Source: Cyanophora paradoxa CCMP329 (taxonomy: Eukaryota; Plantae; Glaucophyta). From it: DNA of 64,000 nucleotides. The DNA lies in contig QPMI01000532.1 in NCBI GenBank assembly GCA_004431415.1, forward strand, positions 48,208-112,207. The letters run 5' to 3'. This document shows, piece by piece, positions 1 through 10,922 of the stretch (position 1 is its first letter; each line of letters begins with the position of its first letter). A program made the position numbers and the translations under genes. Under the pieces are notes generated by a model that worked only from the letters and a program-made list of their open reading frames with translations, searched no databases and was not told where the DNA came from.

Positions 1-3000
1 TCGCCGCCCCTGGGCGAGGGCGCGCGGGAGGACGACGAGGGCGGCCGCTCAAGCCCGCCGGCGAGCTCGCCGCCGCTGCGCAGCTCGGCCTCCTCGCCCG
101 CGGTGGGCCCGCAGCGGCTGCCGGCGCTGCAGGCGGCGGCGAAGGTGGTGCTCCTGCAGCGCAACCGGGCGCCCTCGCCGGAGATGCGGGCCGAGCACGT
201 CCTCCGCGCCGTCGACACGGGGCCCCGCGCCCGCTCTCGCCAGGCGCAGGCCGTCCGCCGCACCCTCTCCCACGAGCTCAAGGTCACCACCGACGTCTTC
301 GGTGTCGCCCCTTCCGCCCCTTCCGCCGCCCCGTCCCTCGTGACGCGGGGGCGGCAGAGCGGACGGGCGGGGCGGCGGGGGCGCCCTGGGGGACGACGGC
401 GAGCGGGATGCACGAGGCGTGCCAGCGGTCGGAGGCGCTGCTGCGGCAGCGGTGCTCGGCGCTGCAGCTGCGCAACGAGGCGCTGGTGCGGGAGCTCCAG
501 GGCGCCCGCGACGAGATCGCCGCCCTCCGCCGCTCCATCGGCTTGACCCCGGAGGGCCTCCTCGCCGCCGGGCCGGGCGCCGAGCTCGGTCTGCCGCCCC
601 TACCCCCCGCCCCCCTACCCCCCTTGACAGCGGACGCAGGGGACCTGCACGCTGCGTGCCGGGCGGAGATCGAGGACCTGCGAAAGACGGTCGAGGGCCT
701 CTCCGCGGGCGAGGCCAAGCCGACCACCGCCGTCCCGCCAGGGGCCGACGCCCCCGCACTCGGCGACCCCCGCGATAAAGGTCCGCGCGCCTCCGCTCTC
801 CTCTGCCACGCTACGCTACGCTACGCTACGCTCCGCTACGCTACGCTTTGCCTGAGCCGCGCGGGCGGGCGGGCGGGCAGAGGTGTACCTGTGCGTAGCG
901 GACGAGGACGCGCTGCGGTGCGCGCGCATCTTCGGGGAGCTGCGGGACCGCCGCTTCCGCCTCGCCTTCGACGACGACTCGTTCCTCTCGCCGGCCTGCG
1001 GCGCCTTCGTCTTCTTCGCCACGCCGGCCGCCGTGAAAGACACCCGCCGCGTCCAGTACCTCCACCAGGGTCCGCGTCTTGAAGCCCCTTTGGTCCGCTC
1101 CGTTTGGGCGACGCGGGGCGGGCGGGCGCGTCCGCAGCGATGGAGGCGGGCAGGCCGATCGTCCCGGCGTTCCTCGACGTGCGGCGCCGCCCCTGTCGTT
1201 TCCTCCACTCCGCTATCTTCGACCTGACCGGCGCCCGCGGGGCGCAGCCGCCGGCGGAGGTGCACCTCGGCTCCGCCCTCGACGTCCCCCTCCGGCGCTT
1301 CCCCGTGCGTTCGAACCCTTTACCGTACCCCCCGCCCTTCGTTCCCTTTCTAAAAAAGCCGCGCCCTCCCAGTGGGTGCTGCTCGGGGGCTTCGAGCGGC
1401 CCGGGGAGCTGAAGGCGCGGGTGGACCGCCTGGCCGCCTCCATCCTCCGCCTCTACGCCAAGGGCCGCGAGGAGCCGGCCCGCCCCGACTCCATCCCCCC
1501 GCTCGACGTCCGCCCTTTCCCCTTGCTTCTTCTTCGCCTTGTTTGCCTCCTCCTTGACGCGCTCCGTTCTTCTGCAGGGTGCGCCCCCCTCGGCCGCGGC
1601 CGGCTTCGGCCTGCACGGCCTGCCGCCCTCGGGCGCCAAGACCGCGCGGCGGGCCGCCAACGCGGGCGGGGAGGAGGGGGCGGCCGGCCCGCCTCCGCGG
1701 CGCGTGTACGTGAGCTACGCCGAGCGGGACGCGGACCTGGCGAAGCGGCTGGCGTCGGACCTGCAGCGGCGCGGCTTCGAGGTCGAGTGCGGGGCGCCGG
1801 CGCCCTCGGCCCCCGCCGCCGCCGGGGGGGCCCTCCCCGAAGACGTCGCCGTCGCCATCCAGCAGACGTACGCCTTCCTTTGCTTCGCCTGGCCGCGCCT
1901 CGCCTCTGTTCTGATCGCTTTGTTCTTCCGTCTTCGCAGGGGCTGCTTCCTCCTCGTCGCCTCGGGCGGCTCGGTCGTACCCCCCTGCCGCGCCCTCGAG
2001 GAGCTGGCCTTCGCGTACGAGAACGCCAAGCCGCTGGTCGCCGCCTGGGTCCAGAAGGCGGCCGCCGTCGAGCCGCTCATCCCCCCGGCCACGCTGCACC
2101 GCCTCCGCCGCTTCGCGATGCTGGCGGTCCAGCTGCTTGGGGGGGCCGTCGGGGGCACCAAGGAGCAGTACGCCGCCGGGTTCGAGCGCATCGCCGCCAA
2201 CCTCGAGCACGCTCCCGTGCGCCTGCCCCTACCCCTCCTCCGCTCCGCCCCTTGATCCGGGGCAGGGTACGGAGCGGGGGCTGCTGGTGGCGGCGTCGGG
2301 CCCCGGGAGGGAGGCCCCCGGGGCCTTCGCGAGCCTGCCCGAGGCCCTCGCCGATGCCGACCCGGGCGACGTGCGCTCTCTTCGCTTTGCTTTGCTCTGT
2401 TTGCCGCGCGCAGTTCAGGCCCGACCGCAGGTTGTCTACGTGGCGCCCGGGCGCTACGTGCTGACGACGCGCTGCGAGGTCGCCCGCGGCGTGCGCGTCA
2501 CGGGCCTCCCGCCGGCCCCCGAGGAGCGCGGGGCGGTGGGGGGCGGGGGCTTCGAGGGCGCGGCCCCGCCGGAGCGGCTGCTGCGGGCGGAGCTGCGGCT
2601 CGAGGGCGGGGGGCAGCTGGTGCTCACCGACAACCGTCCGCCGCGGGAGGCGCGGCTGGCGCCCCTGCGCGGCGCCCTTCTCGACATCGACGTCGTCGCC
2701 GCCGACGTCCCGCCCCGGCGCCGCCCCGCCCCGCCCAACCCAACGCCCGGCCCTCCTCGGCCGCGCCGCCGTCGCCGCCGCGGCCGCCGCGGCGGCTGCG
2801 GCGGCCGCCGCGGCCCCGCCCCCGCCTCCACTGTCGGCGGTGGAGGCGCGGGCCGGGGACTGGCTGCTGGAGCGGGTGGCGGTGCGGGCCGGGGGCCGCC
2901 GCCACGCCCTCGCCGCCTCCGTCAAGGAGGGCGGCCACGCCCTCGCCCTCACCGTCCTCGGCTGCCTCTTCGCCGGAGCCGACCGGTCCGCTCCGCCCCG

Positions 3001-6000
3001 CCCCGCCCCGCTCCGCCCCGCCCCTCCCCGCTCATCTCTCTGTCTGTCTGCAGGGAGGCGCTGCAGCTCGGCGCGGGCCGCTTCTCGGTGCGGCGGAGCG
3101 TGATGGCCGAATGCGGGGCGGGGGCCCTCGCCGGCGGGGCCGAGCTGGAGCCCGGCAGCGAGGCCGTCGACTGCCTGGCGCTGGCCTGCGGGGAGGGCCC
3201 CTTCCGGGTCGCCTCCTCCTCCTCCTCCTCCTCCTCCGAGGTCACGCTGTCGCGGAACACGGCGCTCTCGCGGCCGCTGCCGGCCACGGGCGAGGTGGCC
3301 GTCGGCCCGCCCATGGCCGCCCTCTTCGCCGCCCTCGACGAGCTCCACCAGCGCCGCCTCGCCGCCAAGGCCGCCGTCCGCCTCTCACCTAAGCTGCTCT
3401 CTGCTAAGCTGAGCCAGCTGAGCCTTGCCTCGCCCCACCGCAGAACACGTCGTTCGTGTGGCGGGTGGAGGCGGGGGCGGCGGTGCGGGGCATGGGCGAG
3501 GGCCTCGTGGCAGGCCTCGCGGACGCCGTCTCCGTCGCCCACGACGGGGACACCATTGCCCTCGCCCCGGGTACGCCCTCCGCCCTAAGCTAGCCCAGCT
3601 TCTGGGCTTGGCTTCTTGGCTTGGCTAAGCGGGCGGCGGCAGGGCGGCACGCGGTGACGGCGGAGGTCCGCGTCCGCTCCGCCGTGGCCATCGAGGGCAC
3701 GGGCGCGCGCCTCTCTTCCCCCCCTCTGTTCTTCGCCCGTGGTTAGGCTGAAGCTTACGGTCTCGAGCAGGGGCGGGCCCGCACGAGTGCGTGGTGGCTT
3801 TCGGGGCCGGTGGCGCCCTCCTCCTCGGGGCCGCCCCCCTTCCCTCCTCCTACGCACAGCCGTCGACGCCCGCCGGCGGCCCACCGCCGCCGCTCACGCA
3901 CGAGCGGTCGCGGGGCGGCCTGGGGGCGGCGGTCCTGGGAGACGCGCCGCTGCGGGGCGCGCTGCGCAACCTGACGCTCGCCGCCGAGCCGGCGCCGCCG
4001 TCGCACCGGGAGGGACACGGGCGGCACCCCGGGGACGGCGCGCCGCACGCCGTCAAGATCGAGTCGGGCCTGTGGGCCTTCCAGCGCGCCGTCGTCCTCG
4101 CCGGCGGGCGCTGGCACGGCCTGGAGGTCGAGAAGAGCGGGGCGGCGGCGGCCGTCGCGGCGCTCGACCAGTGCGTCGTGGCCGAGGCGTCGGAGCACGG
4201 CGTGCGGGTCTGGTCGGGGCGCGTCGAGGCGCGCCGCTCCATCTTCGCCAACTGCCGCAAGGGCGCCCTCTTCGCTGACCTCGGAGCCGAGCCCGACCCC
4301 TCCGAGGCGAGCGCGCGTCCTAGGCTGTCCCGTCCTCCTCCTAACTCGTGGCCGACTCCGCCCGCCGCGCAGATCCGCGAGTGCACGTCGGTCGGCTGCG
4401 GCGAGTCGCCGTACCGCACGCGGCGGGTGCCCCTGCCCCACGGCGCCAATGTGCCCGCCTCGGCCTCGGCCGCGCACCACCCCGGCGCGCTGCCCACGGT
4501 GGGCAGCAGCTCCGGCGGGGTCTACGCCTCGACGGCCCCGGGCCGGCGGCGCCTCTCGGTCACGACGTCGGACGTGGGCGAGGGGGCGGGCCCGCCCCCT
4601 GGGAGCCCCGGCGGGGCCGGGGCCGGGGCCGGGGCCCGCCGGCGCTGGCGGCGCGGGTGCGGCTGGCTCGGAACCTCCTTCTCGTGCGGGAGGCGAGCCG
4701 GGAGGAGCTAACCGAGGGCGGCGCCGCCCTCTGGCGCTCCCTGGAGGCCCTCCGCCGCGCCCGCGCCGACGCCCGCGCCGCCGGCGTGCCCTTCCGCTGG
4801 AGCGTGGACCCCGCGCAGGCCGCCGCCGCCCGCCTGGAGGAGGGCACCGTCGGCTGCTTTGCCGAGGCCGCCGCCGGCGCCCGCGACGGCGACGTCGTGC
4901 GCCTCTCCGCCGCCATCCACCGCCTCGCCGCCGAGGCGGCGCTGGAGGGCGGGTCACCGTGGAGGGCCCCGGGCCCGCCGCCGCCTCTATTGCCCTCGTC
5001 ACCCCGGCCGCCCGCCTCACCCTCCGGCCCCGCGATCGCGAGCGAGAGCGCGAGGAGCGGCCAGCGGCGGCGGGCGCGAGCGCGCAGGGGCCGCCCGGGC
5101 CTGGGCCCGCGCCCGCCGCCCAGCCGGGCGCCCTCCGCGACTTCGCGGTCCTCTGCGGCCCCGCACCGCCTGCCCCCTCCGCGTCGCCGGCGGATCCTGG
5201 CACGCCCCGCCCCGCCCGCCCCCCCCCCCCCCCCCCCGCCTCTGAAACTTAGTTCGCAGGCTCTGCGAGCGCCTCTGGGTGGACGCGACGGACTCGGCGC
5301 TCGCCGCCGGCGCCTGCGTCCGCCTCGCCCCGCCGCTGGCCTCCCTTCGGGCCGCCGAGGCGGCCGGCATGACGCTCGCCGAGGCCCTCGGGCCGGCGAC
5401 GAGGCCGGCGGGCCGGCCCTCCGCATGCGCGACTGCGTGCTAGGGCGGCGGGAGGGCCCGGCGAGTGGGCCGCCGTCCGCCTCCTTCGCGGCCGCGCCGC
5501 CCTCGAGCGGTGCCTCCTCGCCAACTGCGGGGCGGGCGCCCTCGTGGTCGGGGCGCGCCCGCACGCGCGCCGCCGGCCCTCGCGCACCGCCCCGCGGCCG
5601 GCGAGGCCCCCGACCCGCCCTCCGACCCGTCGGGGGACGAGGCGGAGGGTCCCGCCCCGGCCCCGGCCCCGGCCCAGCCTCCGCCTTCTTCCGGGCCTGA
5701 GGCGGCCCCGAGCGGGAGCGGGAGGTATGGGAGGACGCGGACGAGGGCGAGGGCGCCCCCCACTGCGAGGCGCGCCGCCGCTCTCGCCCCCACCCGCTCC
5801 GCCCCTGATCGGGCTGGCCCTCGCCTGCAGCTGCTGGGCTGCGTGGCGCTCGGGTGCGGGGCGCAGGCCGTGCGGGGCGGCGCCTACGTCCGCATGCGCT
5901 CCTGCGCCGTGCGCCCGCGCCCGCGGCCTTCGCCCCCGCCCCTTCCTTCGCTTCCCTCTGATGAGTCGTGTACGCAGGCGTCGGCGCGGCCGGCGACGGC

Positions 6001-7522
6001 GGCCGAGTTCGAGCCGGCGGGGGCGCTCGGCTCGGGCCTGATCCCCGCACTGGACGCCCTCCGCGCCCGCCGCGCCGCCGCCGTCGCCAAGGCACGCGCT
6101 CTCACCCTCGCGGCCTGCCCTGCGGCCTTTCTAAGGCCGCTTCGGCGCTCCGCAGGGCGAGCGCTTCGTTCTGCACGTGGCGGTGCTGCCGGAGGGGGCG
6201 GCGGCACCCGGGGCGACGGCGCCGGCCGAGCTGGCGGCGGGGCGCACGGGCAGCGCCGAGGACGCCGTCCTCGCCGCCGACGACGGAGACACGCTCGCCT
6301 TCGCGCCGGGTACATGCGCCCTTCCTTCTTCCTTCTTCTCTTTCCCGGCCAACCGGGTCGGCCGGGGGCGCAGGGACGCACCGGGTGCTTGGGGAGGTCC
6401 GCGTCACGACGCTGACGACCCTCGAGGGCGCCTCCGCCGCCGTCTCCGACGTCGTACTCCAGGCGCGCTTCTCCCCCCCTCCCGCTGAAGTTCTGTGTAC
6501 CCCCTCTGAGCGCCTTCTCTGAGCAGCTCGCGCCGGAGGCGAGCGTGCTGCTCTCGCTGGGGATGGCCCCCGGGCGGATGCCGGACGTGCCGCGGGCGCC
6601 GCACGCGCGCGGCGTGCAGACGGCGGCGGTCGGCGGCGAGCTGCGGCGCCTGGCCTTCCGCTGCAAGCCGGGGGGCACCCCCGCCCTCCGCGTCCGCTCT
6701 GGCGGCTGGCGCCTCCACGAGTGCATCGTCGACGCCGGCGGTCGCCCCTTCTGCCTCGTGCGCTTGTACCCCCCGCCCCCCGCCCCCGCGCGCTCACGCC
6801 GGGAGCTCCTAGGAGGTTGGCGGTTCGCGGACGCCCTCAGCGGCGGCGGCGGCGAGCGCGTACGTCGCCTCTCAGCTGCGCGCCGCGAAGGGCGGCGGCG
6901 ACTCCACCACCCACGGCCTCGTCGGTGCGGCTCTAAACATAGAGCCTGTACCCTGTACCCCCCTAACGACGGGCGGGCAGCGCCGGCGTGGGCGGCGGCG
7001 TGGGTGGAGGCCTGCACGCTGGGGCGCGGGGGCGCCGGGGCGGTGCGCGCCTGGCCCGGCGCCATGCTCTTCATGGCCACCTCCCTCGCCTCCGCCGTGC
7101 GCCCTTCCTCCATCCTTTCTTTCTTTCTTCTCTCTTCTGAAACTTCGCAGTGCGGGGGGCGCCCCGTCCGGATCGGGGCGGCCCCCGCGGGGGGTACAGT
7201 CGCGGAGGGCCTGGAGGTGCCGGCCTCGGCGCAGGGCCGCTCGGGGCGGCGCATCTCGCTCGCGGGGGGCCCTGGCTCGGCGTACTCCTCCGCCGCGTCC
7301 ACGCAGGCGACGGGGTGCGAGGTCGACGTCTCCGAGAGCGCGGCGGCGGGCTGCGGGGGGCGCGAGGGCCCCGCCCTCCGCGGCGACTCGACGGGGGCCT
7401 TCGTGGGGGGGACCGCGGCGCCCCGCGACCGCATCTCGGTCACCCGCTCTCTGATCCTCCCCCGGGCCGCCACGGAGCTCGAGGCGGCGCGCGCAGGCTG
7501 GGGGCCCGCCGCCGTCCGCTAG
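1..7522 (+). CDS. 5'-partial multi-exon gene: coiled coil, two TIR (TIR_2-like) domains, four tandem right-handed beta-helix (pectin-lyase-like) modules
   Basis: Spliced translation gives a coiled coil (LQLRNEALVRELQGARDEIAALRR), TIR1 (VYLCVADEDALRCARIFGELRDRRF...CGAFVFFATP...AMEAGRPIVPAFLD, about 881-1180) and TIR2 (VYVSYAERDADLAKRLASDLQRRGFEV...CFLLVASGGS...CRALEELAFAYENAKPLVAAW, about 1700-2050). Four modules start SLPEALADADPGD-VVYVAPGRY, GLADAVSVAHDGDTIALAPG, CFAEAAAGARDGDVVRLSA and SAEDAVLAADDGDTLAFAPGTH. Stop TAG at 7520-7522. The start lies upstream of the window. Confidence 0.75.
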
Positions 7523-7661
7523 GCCCTGCAGCTAGATCGACCCGCGGCCGGCGCGGCCGCCGGCCCTGTACAATAAGGATACACTAGCTCCGAATTCGGT
7601 GCAGGGGCGGGGCATACATTCAGAGGGATGTAATGGGTACTAGATAGAAGGCCTCAGACGC

Positions 7662-9095
7662 TCAGGCGAGGTCGAGGTGCTCGACGACGAAGGCGGTGAG
7701 GGTGCGCGTGAGGGCGTGCACGGAGGGCGGGTCGATGGCCGACATGTCGTCCCCCTCCGTGTGCCACACCGACGGGAAGGGCACCGCAATGAGGTGGAGG
7801 ATCGGCACGCCCCGCCGCAGGAACGGGATGTCTGGGGGGTAGGGGTACGGGATCAGCGGGGCGGGCGGCGGGGAAGGGGGCGGGGCGTGCGAACGGTCGT
7901 CCTGCACGTGGCCGAACCGCTCGTGCTTCGGGGCGAACATCGGCGGCCGCTCCCTGCACCCGCAGAGTGAGGAGAGGGATCAGGACGAGTCTAGCTAGGG
8001 CGGGGCAGGCGGGGCCCACGTGTGCTTGCGGGCGCCGAGGCGGGACTCGAGGGCGCGCAGCCGCTCGTGCGGCGCCGCCGTGTTCTCGAAGTGGGAGACC
8101 AGGCGGACGTCCCGAGAGCCCAGTAGGTCCAGCAAGGCGAAGAGGGCGATGGAAGGGAGGCGGCCCTCGCGCTCCATGCGGGCCGCGAGGTGCCGCGCCC
8201 CATAGAGCGAGTCACGGTCCGTCCACTCGAGGAACGCTTCCTCCCCGTCGAAGAAGAAGAGTTCGAGCCCCAGCGCGTCCTTTTCTTTGTTGCTATTGCT
8301 CGCCCGGCGCCGCAGCAGCGGGCCCGCCGAGCGCGCGATGTCCAGCATCATAGCGCACGGGCACGCCGAGTCCGTCGCCGCAAGGAACCGGTTCGGCTCC
8401 TGCCGAAGGCGTTAAGCTCGGCAAAAGAAAGAGCGGCGCGGAGGATGGCCGCACGCACGGGGAAGTACTTGGACTCCCAGTGGCAGGCCAGGACGAGGTT
8501 GCGGGCGGCCTTGGAGCCCGGGAGGCGCCCGATGATGTTCGTGAAGTTCTTCCGCCCCAGCGGCGTCGTGTCCTCGAACCCGTCCAGTTCCGCCTGCGCC
8601 CCGCCGCGTGTTTCGTCGGGGAGGGAGCGACCGGCGGGGCGGGGCGGGGCGCGCCTCCCAGCCGGCCTCCCGCAGGCGCTGGACGATGTACTCGCGCACG
8701 CGGGCGTGGCCCGGCGTCCCCACCACGCGCGGACCGAAGTCCAGCATCTCCTTCGTCATCCGCAGCACCGCCTCGCCGTCCGCCAGCTTCGCCACGCTCT
8801 GCGCGGCGGGTCGCGCCGGCACAGGGCGCGCCGCCGCCGAGCGGGGCGCACGTCGAGCCACTCGTCGCTTTCGCGGTTCTGCGGAAGCAGAGACGGGCTC
8901 TGCGCGTCCGAAGGGCCCGCCGAGGCCGAGGGCCGCTTGGAGATGTAGAGGAGCGCGGCGAGGGCGACCAGGACGAGCGCGGCCAGCCTCCGCGGCCTGC
9001 GGAGGCGTGAGCGCGCGCACCGAAGTGCTTAGCTAACGTCTTTGCCGGGGGCTGGTTCGTGCGCACGCGCGGCGCGGCCGGCCGTCGCTGGCCAT
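7662..9095 (-). CDS. QPCT: Glutaminyl-peptide cyclotransferase (animal-type, M28 fold) with N-terminal signal anchor
   Basis: Motifs PRVVGTPGH, NLVLACHWESKY, AATDSACPCAMMLDIA, FFDGEEAFLEWTDRDSLYGARHLA and [28 protein letters not shown]; the Zn ligands D, E and H are all present. A hydrophobic stretch (RLAALVLVALAALLYI) follows the ATG at 9095. Confidence 0.93.
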
Positions 9096-9249
9096 CTGGT
9101 CGCTCGCCCTTGTTGCGTCGGCTGGCTTCGATCTACGCGCGTCGCGGCGTCTCCACTGCGAATCAGAGCTCATGCGGCCGCCGCTCGCATCGGCTCCAAG
9201 ACCTATCGTGCGCTGTACTCGTCCTTTTCGGCGCAGCCGTTAAGCCGCC

Positions 9250-10418
9250 ATGTACGAGCAGTGGGCCGAAGTCAACGAGGAGCAGCAGCGCCGGGGCGGG
9301 CAGTTCGACCCCGTCGAGCTGATCCGCGCGAGCGAGAGGTGCGGCGAGTGCGGGCGCGTTTCGAATTCCCGGGCGGCGCCCCTGACGCAGCCGCTTCCAG
9401 ATCTGCGCAGGAGATCGTGCGGCTCGATGAGAACCCGTTCGAGGTATGCGCTTCCAAACTTGAGCACCGCGCCGCGCTCGCGCCTGCGCCGCGCGGCCGC
9501 GCGGGCGACCCTCGCAGCTCTCCGCTCGATTTCCCGCGCGTTCTGGGTTTGAGCGTCCACGATCGGCGCAGATCCTGATCCCGCCGAACGTCTCGCACGA
9601 GGAAGGTGCTGAGTTCGAGCGCATCTTGTCCGGGCCGGGAGGGGCCCATGGCCATCTGATTTCCGAGCTCGAGCAGCCGTGGAAATTTGCATGGAGCGCC
9701 TGGCGCAGCGCGCTCGCAGCGCGAAGGGCGAGTCCGGCGCGCTGAAGGAGTACCACGAGGCCCGGGCCCGCGCGATGGAAGAGTTCGTGAGGCGGGAGCG
9801 CGGCAGCGTGCCCGGCGGCGACATCGCTTACGACAAGTACAGTGCGCCGCCTTCAGCTCCAAAAAAGATAGAATCGCACGCGACGGTACGCGTTCAGACG
9901 GCTCGCAGAGTACGCGAGCAAGCCCCTGGTCGTGGCGCCGCTCCCGAACTCCCAGGTGCGCTGAAATTTCCCCTGCTCTCATCTGCCGCTACTTGTTGAG
10001 CCCGAAACGCAGTGGGCCGGGTACTTCGTGCCGGGCGTCTCAGGCGGGGGAGCCGGCTCGGGTCACGGCCGCCGTGAGGACCGTGCGCGCGCCCCGCCCC
10101 GCCCCGCGCCCTTCGCTTCGCCCGGCGCCGACGCTCGGGCGACCCTCAGAGTGGAGCCCGTGGGGCCGTTCGCAGGAGCAGCAGCAGTCCGGGCCGCTTC
10201 CCTTCACGCGCCCGGGCTTCGCCGGCTACCGGGAGGAGCTCGGCGGGGGCCCGGGCCCGAGCCGGCAGCCGCAGCAGCAGCAGCAGCAGCAGCGGGGCGG
10301 GTACCAGCGCGACCCGCGGTCGAGCCCGGAGGACCCGTTCGGGTACCACGTGAAGTACTACGACGCGTACGCCCCGGAGGGCTTCGACGAGGCGCGCTAC
10401 TCCGGCAACGTTTTCTAG
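9250..10418 (+). CDS. Hypothetical protein (multi-exon)
   Basis: The frame is maintained across about six GT-AG introns from MYEQWAEVNEEQQRRGG to EARYSGNVF*. An upstream ATG at about 9171 is possible. No domain recognised. Confidence 0.6.
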
Positions 10419-10922
10419 GCGCCTCGAGCCCGAGCTCGCGGCCCCCGCGATCGATGTCTCCGTTGCGCCGGCCACGCCCGGCGCGCGTACCCTGCAGACC
10501 TGCCCCAGCACTCGCGCGCGCCCTTTTGAGCTTTCTCTACAGCTAGATCTCTGGCGTCCCCGGGGACCTGTACATGTAAATATTGAATCTGATTCGAATA
10601 GAAGTCCCGAATGACGCTTGATCATGTAATGATTAATTATAAATTCGCGAAAAGGAAATCGCAACACTACGGTACGTGTACACTGTACAGTCCCCGGCCT
10701 AGGAGGGCGATTGAAAGCTCACACTTGTCAAAATCAAGGTCTCAAGTAATTATGAAGATGTAGAAAACTAAACTATAGCTACTATGGCTAACGCTAAAAT
10801 ATTTACGAGAGCGATTTACAATTATAAATATCGAAATTGAGGGCGCCCCATGCCGGGAGCACGCGTGGATGGGCTAACGCTTGGGCCGCTTGAGCCTTGG
10901 CTCGGCTAGCTAGCTTGGCTAG

